NCBI GenBank assembly: GCA_951406725.2
Contig: OX597814.1
Coordinates: 64,914,001 to 64,978,000 of the forward strand
Length of the DNA stretch: 64,000 bases
Direction: 5' to 3'
DNA from: Octopus vulgaris
Taxonomy: Eukaryota
Every line of letters starts with the position of its first letter. Position 1 is the stretch's first letter. A program made the translations under genes and the position numbers. The notes beneath the pieces are model-generated. The model did not search any database. It worked only from the letters and a program-made list of their open reading frames with translations, and was not told the origin of the DNA. This document shows, in pieces, positions 63,496 through 64,000 of the stretch.

Positions 63496-64000
63496 TATAC
63501 AAATATTCAAATATATTGTATACTGTTTATAGATATAGTAGCCATTGTATATCAGTCCATAGAAAGTGTGTTGATGAATGATGTACTAACATCGTTCATC
63601 AACACACTGCCTTGCAATGTTATTTTACAAATGTATTGCAGCGTAATATTGAAAGAAACCAGTAATTTATTAATACATCACTAATTCTTTTTAATCGAGT
63701 TTAAACGCGTCATTCATACAAATTGTTGCATCCTGTTTACTTAGTCACTTGGTATCTGTGGGGTTTAAAGCACAATCGACGTAAACAGCTGAACATCTTT
63801 GTCGGTGTTGAAATCTCAATACAAGTTTGAAACTATTGTGGCTCCAATCACTATTGTTCCTGTCTCTATGAAGATATTGTACATATGTGTGTGTATGTGT
63901 GTGTGTGCATGTACACACATGCACCGCACATGCATGCACAATGAAGTATGCGTGTGCGCTTGCGCTTATGCTTCAAAAGGTCTAAAACAACGACATCACA

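Overview
AT-rich, microsatellite-saturated eukaryotic DNA. The repeat repertoire suggests an octopus genome (inference). No intact host gene is supported, and nearly all ORF-track entries translate (TAA)n, (TA)n, (CA)n, (TAGA)n or (TACA)n tracts. The window is mostly decayed transposons: about 11 fragments of R4/Dong-type RLE non-LTR retrotransposons abutting (TAA)n or related triplet tracts, Penelope-like elements (PLEs), RTE, Tx1 and CR1-like LINE remnants, several SINE families, two DD37D (maT) Tc1/mariner copies, a hAT element with an 8-bp TSD and a small Helitron. The main hidden signal, read by eye, is about a dozen minimal type-I hammerhead ribozyme motifs. Four have intact cores (36374-36481, 39581-39623, 46684-46769, 55459-55497). 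They sit in PLE pseudo-LTRs and in non-coding, often fold-back elements inserted in microsatellites, and most families have a different palindromic stem III. Also notable: a non-tRNA ~540-bp retroposon found almost only in (TAA)n, an RTE-tailed non-coding element, a recent templated inverted duplication and two weak small-exon candidates. Boundaries of decayed elements are approximate.
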